DNA of 61,372 nucleotides, the filler included, from Sphacelaria rigidula (lineage: Eukaryota), in the NCBI GenBank assembly GCA_964200075.2. It is 9 parts of 9 records of this genome, joined end to end, with 100 filler letters (N's around TTAATTAATTAA, not from the genome) between each part and the next. Parts side by side here need not be neighbours in the genome. Positions count along the whole stretch, not along the records: positions 34,155 to 40,884 come from CAXNAA020018377.1; positions 40,985 to 47,714 come from CAXNAA020018378.1; positions 47,815 to 54,543 come from CAXNAA020018379.1; 6 more parts are not named here. The stretch is one strand, 5' to 3'. Shown piece after piece: positions 36,727 to 48,225 of this stretch (position 1 is its first letter; every line of letters starts with the position of its first letter). Under the pieces are notes generated by a model. That model was not told where the DNA came from. It saw only the letters and a list, made by a program, of their open reading frames with translations, and searched no databases. A program made the position numbers and the translations under genes.

Positions 36727-39700
36727 TCCTACTCTTAACAGAGAGACCTCCAACATTTCGGCGCTCAATACATTTCTTTCGTACCTCACACAAAACCCAT
36801 GTTTTCCCTACCGTGCTCAGTAGCGTTATCCCTCCAAAGTTCAGCCTTGTGTCCTTTTTTGAAAAGGCTGACGGCTACTCCTTCTCTCCACCTCTTGGGT
36901 GTGTACTCGGTTTCCCAGATCCAGTCATTCAGCATAACCATCATGGTAACCATTCCCTTTCTCCCGTATTTTGGAAGTGAATTCACTATTTCGTGTGCAC
37001 CTGCTGCCTTTCTGTTCTTGAGCTTAGCTACGCACTTCTTTACGTCATCTCTGATGAATTATCTCTGCAATTCTTTCGAGCCACCATCCTCCCGTTTTGA
37101 CGTCTCTACCTTTGCCTCTGCCCACGTGCTGATTTTATTTTTCGAATTCCGAGTCGAACTTTGTGGTAGTTTCTGGTGTCCCTAGTTTACGGTAGTGCCC
37201 GACTAGCACTTCTCTGTTGCCCTTCGAACTACTGACCGTTTAACCGTTCTGTGCCCGGAGTGCGACTATCTCGTCGACGATCTTTCCTGCATGTTTTCCC
37301 GTTATCCCTTATATTCCTAGCCACTATTGCTCCATTCCGCCGTCGAAATCTTCGTTTGTTTTGTTCACTGACTCTTCCCATACTTCCTTCTTTTTCTTCT
37401 TTACCACCTTCTTTACTCCCTTCCGAGCTTTAGTATACTTCTCCCATCCTGCCGTAGTTCTACTCGACATCCATCTTGCGTGGGTCTATCTTATCACTCT
37501 TATGGCCTCCTTCACTTCATTATCCCACCATTTCACTGCTCTATTGCATACGATCAGTTTCTTCCCAGTGCCTTTACTCGCTGTGTTCTCGACCAACTGC
37601 TGCCCTCCTTCTATAATCTCCGCTTCTGCCAGATCCCTTTTCATTTCGCTGTCAACTGTGTCTACACGTTCCAACAGCTCGGAAAGTTTGAGTGCATTTC
37701 CGGACATATTTTTTTGAAACTCTCGCCGTTTTTCTTCCATATCGAGTTTATCGATCCTCCATATGTATAACTTCCTACCCCGCCTATTTCTTTTAGCTCT
37801 CGTCTGTCAGCTTTCTGTCTATGTTAGGCAATGATCTGTACTTCCCATGTCCTCCGCGCATACATGTACTTCCATTCATTTCATTATTTGCATGCTCTAC
37901 CACTATATAATCCAGCACGGAGCGTTCTCTCTCGTCGTCGCGTTTTCTGGTCCATGCCCATTGCGCCTCTGGCTTTTGTGCTCTATCGTGTCTTGATCTC
38001 GTTATGCTCAAGGAACTTGAGCATTTCTGCCCCATTCTCGTTCTTCTTATCGTCCCCGTATCGCCCAATGATATATCATCCGGTTGACCTGCTCTTCCTA
38101 CCCTTGCATGAAAATCTCCCACTAACATTTTTTTTCCTTGTCTTTTGTACTTATGTACACCTCCTGCTATCTGTCTAAACCTCCGCTGCATATCGTTCAC
38201 CCTACTCTTCGATTCTGGGGGTATGTAGATGTTCCCTACAAAAACAAGCTTCGTTCCCCGCTCTTGTGGCACCCCTATCCATAGGCTCTCGTCGTATTTC
38301 GTGTCGTCGACCCATTCTAAAATGTCACACAGGTTTTCCTTGACTAAGAATCCTACTTCCCCCGCTCCCCTGCTCTTTGTTACGCCCGGCTGATCAACCT
38401 GTTACAGTACCTGTAAACAAGGCGAATGACCTGTTGAAGTATATTTGGCTATCGTGGCTTGTGTATAAAATACACAGTGTTCAACTGTCCAGTAGACAGG
38501 AACAATCGGTTCAACTTGTGAACTCAGCTCTAACGAGAGAGCTCGCAGAGGCTGCACAGTGTTGGTTAAACACTTGTTTGTGCGAGAGAGAGGAACCTGA
38601 AACTTGCCGCTTCACCTGGGCATTACTCAAATTAAACACATAAAACGCTTCGTTCCTTGTTAACACAAAAAACAATAACAAGCTGATAGGCTTGCTCGAG
38701 GTGGGTCGCTTTGGAGAGTAAATAACGTGGGGCTATTTCACTCTGTCAATAAAACTCTTGGACACTTTAAAACTGTCTATCCAAACTGTTGATACCTTAG
38801 ACTCTTGGTACTCAAATCTTCAATATTCTGACAATATGCTGACTCTCTGTATACGAGCCATATAGTACATGAGCTATTCGTTATTACATGACGAATAGCT
38901 CACTACTTATGTTATTCCTATGATCTTTGTTCTAACGATGAGCCGTTACTGGTTTCCCCGCCAATCTCGAGTATGTATATTCGGAACTGTTATTTCTCAA
39001 CTTTCAACACTCTTGGGGTTTTGTCCGTTCCGCTTTCTCCCTATCCATGCGTACTCTTCAACTTTGCATCCTATTTCCGCCCCCTCTTTTTCGTATGACC
39101 CTTGGATTCCTACCACATCTATCTAGGTCGCGTTTTCTCACTTGCTGCGCTGTCTCTATTATTTTGCGCTTGTCTGTGGCGAATCCACACACGTTCTACG
39201 ATCCTATTCTTAACTTCCTTTCCGAAGCATTACCTGCTCTCCCGTTCTTTCTCCGTTGCTTCTACTTCTATTCTCCCTTGCTTGACTGTTCTTCCCGTTT
39301 CCGGTTAAGTATTTGTCCATTCGCTCCAAGCCGGTATTTCCCTCCCAGCCTTCCCCTTCCGGGCACTTGCCTGTTCCTGCCTCTCTTTCCCTCCGTTTAC
39401 TCGCGGACCACGTCTTGGGGTTGTTGCTCCATTAGCTATGCACAGTCTCCGTCCTACTTTTTTAACCCATGCCAACACCTTGCTTGTCTCTTTCCTTTCC
39501 CACTTCTTGCTCGCGCTCTGGTTCAGCGTGACTCGGAAGTGTTCTCCCTCCCTTTCTACGTTTCTTGTCGCCAAGCAGTATAATCCATATTAAGTGCATT
39601 TCCTTTAGAACTCAGTTCTCGTCGTATCGCTGCGGACCCCGAATACCAGCACCCCTAGTACTTTACCCGTCCACTCCTTACACCTCCACCCGCCCTCCCT

Positions 39701-39770
39701 TACCGTCTCTCTTTCGGTGGTTTTCGAGAGTATTTCCAGCTTTGTGTTTCGATTATTGTCTAAAGCGGGG
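36727..39770 (-). mobile_element. Degenerate LINE: ORF1 remnant, AP endonuclease and start of RT
   Basis: APE motifs GS*NVCG, DVVGIQ, GEVGFLVK, NIYIPP, LVGDFHAR, SVLDYI and TDH. Linker KWWDNEVK. RT-start motifs PKRWREGVAVSLFKKG and GITLLSTVGK. Many stops and frameshifts. Confidence 0.9.
38378..39009. mobile_element. Solo LTR (632 bp) inserted in the LINE endonuclease
   Basis: Ends TGTT...AACA, with 5-bp TSD CTCTT at 38373..38377 and 39010..39014. Removing it restores the APE reading (WIGRKRNGQNPKSRGAGEVGFLVK). Confidence 0.88.
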
Positions 39771-39780
39771 GCAGGGGGTG

Positions 39781-40348
39781 GGTGTACTAGGGATCTTACA
39801 TGCCAAAGTCATATGTCTATTGACCTCGCATCCCTACGAAGCCGGGATGGAGCACGCCGGGGTTTCGCCGGACCAGGCTCGCTCGCAATCAATCACCAAG
39901 CGCGAAGCGCCGTGATGTGTTCGGCGAGTTACATGAAGTGTGAGCTGCATCATGCGGGGATTGTTCGACCCGAAGCGTACTGATTATCTTGCATTTGGAT
40001 GGCAGCCTCCAATGACTTGCTTCATTTTCTGGTATCGCCACTTCCAGAGACAGCCACGGCTTATACACTCCCTCATGGGTGTCTCACCATTTAAACACTA
40101 CGTAGTATGATCATTCTCTTTGCGCGGAATCGAAGTTCTCTCACCCCGCACATGATGATCTAGCTCGGCCGCTATCATGATCACTGCAAAACCAAACACA
40201 AGCGCGCAAACAAATCGGCAACCTCGTCGCCTAACTTATGCAGTGAGTGATGTGTTGTAAAGCGTCATTGCCAACCGACACCAAACACACGAGGGGCTCG
40301 TTCCAACAAAGCTGGGACGGAGCACGCCGGGTTTTCGCCGGACCGGGC
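39781..40348 (-). mobile_element. Family A element, full-length (~570 bp)
   Basis: Direct repeat R at 39832..39879 and 40303..40348, ~50-nt tail at 39781..39831, G-runs on both sides. Collinear with 54871..55427. Confidence 0.88.
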
Positions 40349-40421
40349 GGGGGGCGTACTCATTTGTTGCTTGCCTTGAGTCGTTTGGCCATTGACTACG
40401 CACCCCTTTTGAGACGGAGTA
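40349..40421 (-). mobile_element. Family B element abutting family A
   Basis: ggggggcgtactcatttgttgcttgccttgagtcgtttggccattgactacgcacccc..gagacggag. Confidence 0.8.
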
Positions 40422-40820
40422 TTAGGGTACGGGGGGGGATGTCTCTTGTTTTCACGAGAAAGATCCTGAAGAACAAGAAACTACACTCTGGATGACAGAT
40501 TAATTTGGCAAAGAGTGTTCTGCGTACAGTATCGAATATTATGTCTATTACTTGTAATGCACGAAGTGTTCGACACTGTACGCAGCACACGTTTTGCCGT
40601 TGTAATCTGCTGTCCAGGGTGTGAAGTACACCAACATCCTGATGACAAGCGATAGTTTTTGAAGGAAGCACAAAAGAGAGAGACGAAGACTAAGAGAAGA
40701 GGGGTCGCACTTTACAGCGCAGTTGATACCCGTACTGTGCTGTGAATGTTTTTTTTACAAGATGTTGACAATCCTGTGTATCATTCAGTCTAGTGATGCC
40801 GCGATTACCCCCCTCCCCCC

Positions 40821-40884
40821 CCGTCTCGAAAGGGATGCGTGGTCAATGGTCAAATGACTAAGGCAAGCAACAAATGAGTACCCT
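40821..40884 (+). mobile_element. Family B element at contig end
   Basis: ccgtctcgaaagggatgcgtggtcaatggtcaaatgactaaggcaagcaacaaatgagtaccc following a C-run. Confidence 0.85.
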
Positions 40885-41043
40885 NNNNNNNNNNNNNNNN
40901 NNNNNNNNNNNNNNNNNNNNNNNNNNNNTTAATTAATTAANNNNNNNNNNNNNNNNNNNNNNNNNNNNNNNNNNNNNNNNNNNNACACGATTAACGCACG
41001 CAACAAATGAGTGCCCCCCCCCTACCCCCCCTCCCCCCCGAGT

Positions 41044-41118
41044 ATTGCTCCGTCTCAAAAAAAATGCGTGGTCAATGGCCAAACGACTAAGGCAGCAACA
41101 AATGAGTACCTCCCCCCC
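41044..41118 (+). mobile_element. Family B element
   Basis: tgctccgtctc..atgcgtggtcaatggccaaacgactaaggcagcaacaaatgagtacctccccccc. Confidence 0.8.
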
Positions 41119-42519
41119 CGTGCTTTCACGGTTGCACACAAACATCGACGCAACATTCGCCCCGCAAGTACCGACATTCGAACACCATTTTTCCATTTCG
41201 GGCAGGAGGTGTTTCACAATGATACAAGGCCAGCATTAATCGCAGAAATTCTCGCTGAGGTTGAGTGCCGCATGCAGCATGTGGGAATGTCTCATTCATC
41301 GCCATCGCAGAAGGTCTCGTTTCAGTACATCCGCGCATACTACGGACGTGCGAAGTAGGCATCTCCGCTGTGTTCAGGAGTGCTGGTCCAGCCCTCGCTC
41401 TTGTGCGCTGCGCTGCGGCCCCATACCCCTGGAGCCAATTTGGATCACGGGTCAAACGTTTTCGGTTCGCGTCTGTCACACATGCAGGACACCGGTGGCC
41501 GGGTTATGCACTTGCACAAGGTGAAGGCCACATGTTGCAACATGGCGTTCAGCGCAAGAACATCACTCGACCCCAAAAAAACGAACACAACGAGGGTATG
41601 TATGAAGACGCTACGTACCCCGGCAAAAACAAGGCTGGTCCGTAACTTCAATGTCGTGGGTAGTGGAACTTGAACACAGTCTTCGTTGGAAAAAAAAATA
41701 TGGGCTCAAGATATGTGAAGATGCCGATCGAGATCTTCGTGACGAACTTATTTGGGCGTTTCTGGTTGCCTAATTTTGCATGGAATTATACTATCAACCA
41801 ATGCACGGATTTTTGTCACCGTGCAGGTACCGAGATAGGGTGGAAGGAGGAGGACACGGGCGGGTACTTATAAAGAAATCAGTGGCGAATTCATGCATGA
41901 GTTAAATGTGTTGATTGCTGGGGTTCAGCATGACGTGCGATGTCGGCCCAAAAAAAACGAAAACAGTTTTGCACAGTGATGTCAATCCAGCTTTTAAGAT
42001 ATATTCTTGAAAAAAATGTCTGCAGTTTTTTTTTTTTCCCCCTCTGAAGTTCGAGAATGCACCGCGCCAGTTCCTTCGACAAACATGACTTGTCAGGACC
42101 GACGTCGTCGACAACCGCAAGCCCGACACTGTCAATCCCTCATTGTATTGGTAAACCTCGTTGGACCCGAATGCTCTGGGCTCCTCGGAAGTCGTCCGAG
42201 TCTGACAATGCTCCGCGCCCGAATCACTGTCGCTGTCGGATTCCCTGCAATCTAGTAGTCATGCGCACGCAACAAAATCCGGCGGAATAACCCCGGTAGT
42301 TGAGCTCACCGCGTCTTGACCCTTTTGAGGGCGAGCATAGGTCATATGTTGAATCGGCTTCAGCTTCAGTTTCACTTGAAAAAATTATGCTTGATTCCGA
42401 TGGACTACCCTCGCGACCAAGGAGTTCGAAGGGAATCGAAAGGAGGTGTGGCTGAGTTGTCAACTTTCCGTCGTCTCCCGTCGCGAGACCAGCTCCTCTC
42501 GTGTGTCGCATTGCACATG

Positions 42520-44480
42520 ACGCTGCCTGCGTCCACCATCGCGCTGCCTCCGGCAAAGTGTATCGTGCTCCATCGCAAGTATGATTACATTACTCGGACG
42601 TCAGACCCCGGTTTCCTACCACCATTAGTATCCACCCGCCCACAACAAGCGCGCGTCGCAGGCGCCGTCTGTTTCCTCCCTTTCCCCCCTTCGCGGAGAG
42701 CGTAGAACAATCTGGCGCGGTCGATACCTTCGACTACATGCGTTTTTCTGCCGCTGCCTCCGTGAGTTTCGTCCGCTCCCAAAATTTTACCGCATCGACA
42801 ACTGCAACTGCCTCTTCATCGGCGAGATGCCAAGAGGCACGTGTGACGCCTGATGTCAACCGTGACCGTCGGTGACGAGTGCAGCAAAAAAGTCGTCGAG
42901 TAAACGAGGTTGCCCGGGCACACCTCGCACGGCATGACTGATGTCCCTGTAGACCAACATGCCGCCTTTTCAGACGGGAGAGATTTGAGCTTGCGCATCT
43001 TGGACGATTGCAGCTCACCCACCCACCCCACTCACCCCTTCCTGCCATTCATCTTCTGAGCTGGATGGCATTTGACGTCCTGACGCCAAGAGGAACCGCG
43101 CCAGTAATCCAGCGCCACCTCCCCAATGTGCTGCAGACTATCGGCGAGTGGGTGGGTACGTATCGTCCGCTAAGGGCGGTATACACGAAGCTTCGGTGCT
43201 GTCGTTGCCGTCGGCTGTACCACCCGGTGACGGCTTTAACTCGCTCTCATCACCAAGAAAAATACGAACCTCCGGCGAACGCCCCACGGCGGCCCCGCTG
43301 CCCTCTTCCTCCGTGATTCGGCCGGCTTCGGCCCTCTACTCAAGTCGGGACGTAGCCATCGGTGGAGGTGAACATATCGGCCCCACCATTTTCCTGTGCG
43401 GACTGCCTGTGCGGTAGTTTTCACCTACGCCCAGAAGGATGCGCCGCGATAGCATGAGTAGCAGTAGTGTTAGGATTGTGTACCACGCGTCGCGAACATT
43501 GAGTGTGACTCCAGTGTGCCCGAAGACGCTCATTACAACGGGGTGGTGCCCCTCACGACTGCGGGGCTGGGCGAATACTTTGTCCACGCCCTCTACCAGC
43601 GCGGCGCAAAAATGAGGCGATAAACGCCTTATACGGCAGCAGTCGGAGCAATCGGTTCCACAACATCTTCGTCCCCTCAATTTGCAACCACTGGTGATAT
43701 ATCTCCGTCCCCTGTGTACACACGAGGTAACGTGTGCACAGGCCTCATACTCTGTGGGAGTTATTTGTCGTTAGAATAGGCGTTTCCGGAATCAAGAAAT
43801 ACCACCATATTGGCAGTTGCCATGCGCGCCACGCGACTGACCGGCCTCAAAGCAGACCATTCGGCACCAAAATTTCGCCCCTATTTCGGGCGACAGACAG
43901 GAGGTAAATCCGCCCAAAAATGGGCAGAATAATGCAACATCTCCTCCTTCCAGGACTTGCTTGTTCTCCGCTCAGGCTCTCTACGCCTCGACCACAAGAG
44001 TATGTACTGGTGATATCGCTGGCGCCCGGCGCAGTCGTCGCAAAGCTTTGGTATACCCAGGGTCACAGTTCGTACACATGTCGGGTATCCTCGCTGCGAG
44101 CTGTGTGGTGTTCAACTGCAATGTAACCGAGTGCAGGGCACCACTGCAGCTAGGAGGAGACCTGAACCAGTCATGCGGTGTGGTGTACCTTGTCATCTGC
44201 AGCGTGGCGCTGCGCAGCGAAACTATTTAATCGTCAAAGAGGACGCTACTGCTCTTTGAATAAAGCCTTCGCACAGTACGGTATACAGTGAGTACAGGTC
44301 GCCACCAGGGGATCGAACCACACGCCTACAGTTTTGTGTAGAACTCGGGTAGCCGGATACATTTCGTACGTCGAACACCTGCCGATCTACGCCGTGATAG
44401 ACTCCCTTCGCCATCCGAATTCCTCAGCCGTGTTGGCTGCATACACCACAAGCTCTCGGTGCTGACGTGTTCACCCCTCT
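42520..44480 (-). pseudogene. Highly decayed transposase-like gene (DUF6729/MULE-like N-part plus WRN-type 3'-5' exonuclease remnant)
   Basis: Minus-strand fragments across frames, in order: CGVC..KGVY...RQVFD....S...C; EL*PWVYQSF; SWKEEMLHY; VMSVFGHT...NVRDAWYTI; EDEW......G*AAIVQ.A; VDIRRH..LL; K.GSDVR...W....AMVDA. Recognised by eye only. Confidence 0.5.
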
Positions 44481-44953
44481 TCCCGGGACGTGTTCTCCTC
44501 TAAACTCAACACAAAACGCCATTTTCCAGTGTCGAGGTTCATAGTTTGCAGACGCGACATCCTACGGTGGCGAAAATATTATGAAACGGAGTAATAAGTA
44601 CACAACATGAAAGACGTGTATGTCCAAGCAGGCCATGATACGAGGATATTTCTCGATGTCTCATTGCGTGAAATGGCGTGCACGTTGTCAGGACAAGGAT
44701 GAAGTCACTTGGAATGAAGACCCAGTGACTGCCTCTGGACACTCGGGTATAGCAACAATCAGGGCGAAAAAATCGGCGTGTCTACCGTTCATATGCGTCG
44801 CCTTTTATGGCATGTGCGCCCTACCTGTACTGCTACATAAACCCCGGGGGTTTTGAACGTCTTGCCCGTACCATACGTACTCCGCACGTGTTTGAACTTC
44901 GGCATAAGTGTGTGGCTGACCGCGATCTTACCGTTTGCCGCTCTTGGATTCAG

Positions 44954-47595
44954 GTTCCCCCTGGGGATCGTGGGCATGCTGTATCTGGTATTTTTCGCGC
45001 CAAGGTTACTGCCCTCGCGAGGTGGTCTCTTCCGATTTGTTCGTGATCGTGCGGAAGAGCTTCTCACTGAGGTATGCACACTATCGCCTCTACCTCGACA
45101 CTTTTCATCTGTCGACGGTTCTAAGAAAAAGCTGAGATGTCGCCCTTTTGGTCGACGTGGCTCAATTTGGGATCGCCCGCGATAAAGAGGAGACCGTATC
45201 AGCCCCAGTTGTGATGCGGTGTCTTTTAATTGGAAAATAACGAGCTCCCGCCGCTTAGTCCACTTACATTCGACACAGACCTTGATCCTCCTATGCGATC
45301 TGCTTCATGTCTCATGGTGCAGGTACAAGTTACGAATGACTTCCCGTACATCGGCGAGCCGAGCGGCCTGGTGCTAAGCAGGTTCGGTCTTCCGCAGGAT
45401 ACGCTGATCAAGATCCGCCGAAAAATTTCCAGTGGAGTCTTACGTCAGATGAACGCCATGCTGGATGAAAGCTCGAGTCTGTCTCAGCGGTCGGGTTCGA
45501 CGAAGGTGTCCGCCTCGGGGAGGATCGAAGCAAATCAGAAGACTCTGAAGACCGAAAGCCTGTACTCCTACCGCATGCGAGCCGAGAGCCTGTGGGGCGA
45601 GGAAAGTCAACGCAGCGCGCGTGTATCTGCAAGTCAATGCGGCGAACAGGGATCTCTCAATCGAAGCGCGCAACGCAAGCGCTGGGCGAGCGACGCCGAT
45701 GCAAACTGCCTGCGCGAAGATGAGGTACCGCCGATGGCTGGCGCCACCAGTCGAGAAACGAAGAACAACAACACCCCGTTGACGGGCACGTACACCGACA
45801 TATATCCGGTGTCCGCCGCGGAGGCGATTCAGGCGGGAGACGTGCTGTTCCTCAGTTGCGCGCAAGCGACCATGATCGATTTCCAAGTGACCACTGTGAG
45901 CCGAAAGCTTCGGGGACTCAATTTCCTGGATGTGAGCGCGCTGGACCTACCCGGTCACGGTACCGAGTTCTTCGAGGTGGTGCTATCGGATCACAATCAC
46001 TTTGTCGGGCGGTACCCCGGCCGCGACAACTCCGAGTTCGCCTCGTACTACGGCTGCAGCGTGGTGGCTGTTCGACGCAGAGGCGAAGCTGAGGTCACAT
46101 CTGCCCTGCCAGCCAACAGCCAATCGGCGTCGTTGGTGTCGTCGCAGCGCCCGTCGCGCCGGGTGCAAGTCTTGGACGCCCCCGAGATACATCTGGAAGA
46201 GGGCGCCGAGAGGGTCGAACCGGCGTTTCATTCTAACACCGACTCTCCGTCCCCGGAACAATGTGATGACAAACACCGCACTCCAAGGACGGCCGCTAGC
46301 CCCGTTCACCAGAATGCAAATTCAGGCCCCTTGCCAACGGGAGGTACTCCGACGGCAGCACCGCCTGCGTCGGGCATCATATCAGGACTCAGCCGATCGT
46401 TATCAGCCATGAGCGTCGTGCGAGGCAACAGGTTGAGATCCTCGGCGGCAGAGGAAGCCAGCGGGGTCGAGGTGGCCGAGCGTAAGTTCAAGGCCGGCGA
46501 TGTGATTCTGGTGCTGGCGCAGGAGGAGTTCATGGAGAAGTTTGCCTCCACCAAAGATTTTTTCTTGTTGACCAAGGTCGGCTCCGTGCCGAAGCCCGTC
46601 CGGCCGTTCGATTACTTGCCACTCTTGGCGTTCCTCGCGATGCTGGTCGTCGTTCTGCTGGATGTTGAGATGGTGAGACAGACAAGAGACAGAGACAATG
46701 ACAGGCAGCAGCATGATAACGTGCTGGATGTTGGGGGCAGTTCGTTGTTCGTGCCTTCCGCTTGTGTCTCTTCGGTGTCGCTGTTCTTGTCTCGGCTGCC
46801 GTTTTGCGCGATAACGTCCATCTTCCATACGAGTGCAGCAGCAGCAGCAGCAGCAGCCGCAGCTGCTGCTTCTGCTGTGTCCGCATCCAACACCACATAT
46901 CTTTGCGAAGTCATGGTCCAGTTTGATTCGTGGCGAGCACGACGATCTCCATCGCACTGAGCGTGTCGGTGATTCTCTCGGCTGTTCTACCCAATTATCC
47001 CGCTTATGTAGGAGATCATCACGGTTCTGCACAAGAGGGGCACGTAGTCGCAGTCTTTTGCCACGTGTCCAGGGATCTGCGCTAAAATACACCTCCTCGC
47101 TTTGCGGCGACTGCACAGGCAAAAAAAGACGTTCCCGCACCGTACGATTACAATATCGAAGACTGAACTAACAAAAGAAGCCGACGGCTTGTCCGGCCCC
47201 AAATCTCCGAAAAAACATTGTCCAAACCGTGTTTTTTTTCCCTTCTTTTATTTATTTGTCGCACTTTGAACACTTCCCCTTCCTCGGGACGAGTCCGTGG
47301 TCTCAAGGGATCAACCCATCTCTATACAAACGATGTGTTGTCATGTGCATGATTTTTGTGCGCGCAGGTTCAGGCAGCTTTCAGTGCGGGAGCAATCTTG
47401 ATATTCGGTGGTTGGATCGATGCGAAGCAAACGGTGGGATACGTGGACTGGGCGTTGTTGCTTCTGATTGGATCAGCCTTGGGCCTCAGCAAGGGTATCG
47501 AGAATAGCGGCCTGGCGGACTATGTCGGGAGCGCCATTCAAAACTCCGGCGTAAGCGCGGAAGGCAGTGTGTTCATCATCTACGCCTTCACCGTG
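44954..47595 (+). CDS. SLT/SLC13-like (Na+/sulfate or di-/tricarboxylate) transporter with TrkA-C domains, three internal exons
   Basis: Exons 44954..45071 (FPLGIVGMLYLVFFAPRLLP...ELLTE), 45323..46672 (LIKIRR; IQAGDVLFL; FFEVVLS..FVGR..F..YYGCSVVAVRRRG; FKAGDVILV) and 47368..47595 (VDWALLLLIGSALGLSKGIENSGLA). All GT-AG and in phase. This architecture is typical of algal SLT/SAC1-like transporters. Confidence 0.9.
46835..46870. repeat. (GCA)n microsatellite in the transporter intron
   Basis: Directly visible. Confidence 0.85.
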
Positions 47596-47640
47596 GTGAG
47601 CTACTCTCCGCTTGCGCAAGCTGTTCTTTGTAATCATATC

Positions 47641-47714
47641 CCCCCGGCGAGAACCCGGCGTGCTCCGTCCCGGCTTTGTAGGGGCGGATCCCCTGATGGG
47701 GTTGGCGTCAGTTG
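47641..47714 (+). mobile_element. Family A element start (R end) in the transporter intron, cut by contig end
   Basis: cccccggcgagaacccggcgtgctccgtcccggctttgtagggg..ggggttggcgtc. Confidence 0.85.
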
Positions 47715-47838
47715 NNNNNNNNNNNNNNNNNNNNNNNNNNNNNNNNNNNNNNNNNNNNTTAATTAATTAANNNNNNNNNNNNNNNNNNNNNNNNNNNNNN
47801 NNNNNNNNNNNNNNGGGGGGGGTGGGGGCGGAGGAGGT

Positions 47839-47876
<38 letters not shown>

Positions 47877-48225
47877 CTATGGGAACTGGTGAACTGCATC
47901 TGTTCTAAGATCGCCCGACTTTCTCGTAGGCGATCGTGCTTGAATACTGGCCTTTTTTCTTCCCGGTGGTTTAACCGGTAGACCAATAACCAGCTGGGGC
48001 GGACTGGGTCTCGATAGACACAGTTTTTTCACCAGAATTCGGATTTCATCGTCGGAAACGTGAGGACGTGAGCAGTGGAGAATCTTTAACCCTTTTGGAA
48101 CCCTCCCCTCCTGTCCTCTGGCCAAACGCCTTATTATGAGAAGCCCTGACGAAGAGGAAAACATGGAAAACAGAATTGGCCGACGGCAACCATTTTTATA
48201 ATGCAAGATCGATGAAGAATGCCCT

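Noticed and set aside
44290..44330. tRNA T-loop-like ggttcgatccc on the minus strand
   Set aside because: No T-stem or cloverleaf; it lies inside the transposase relic.
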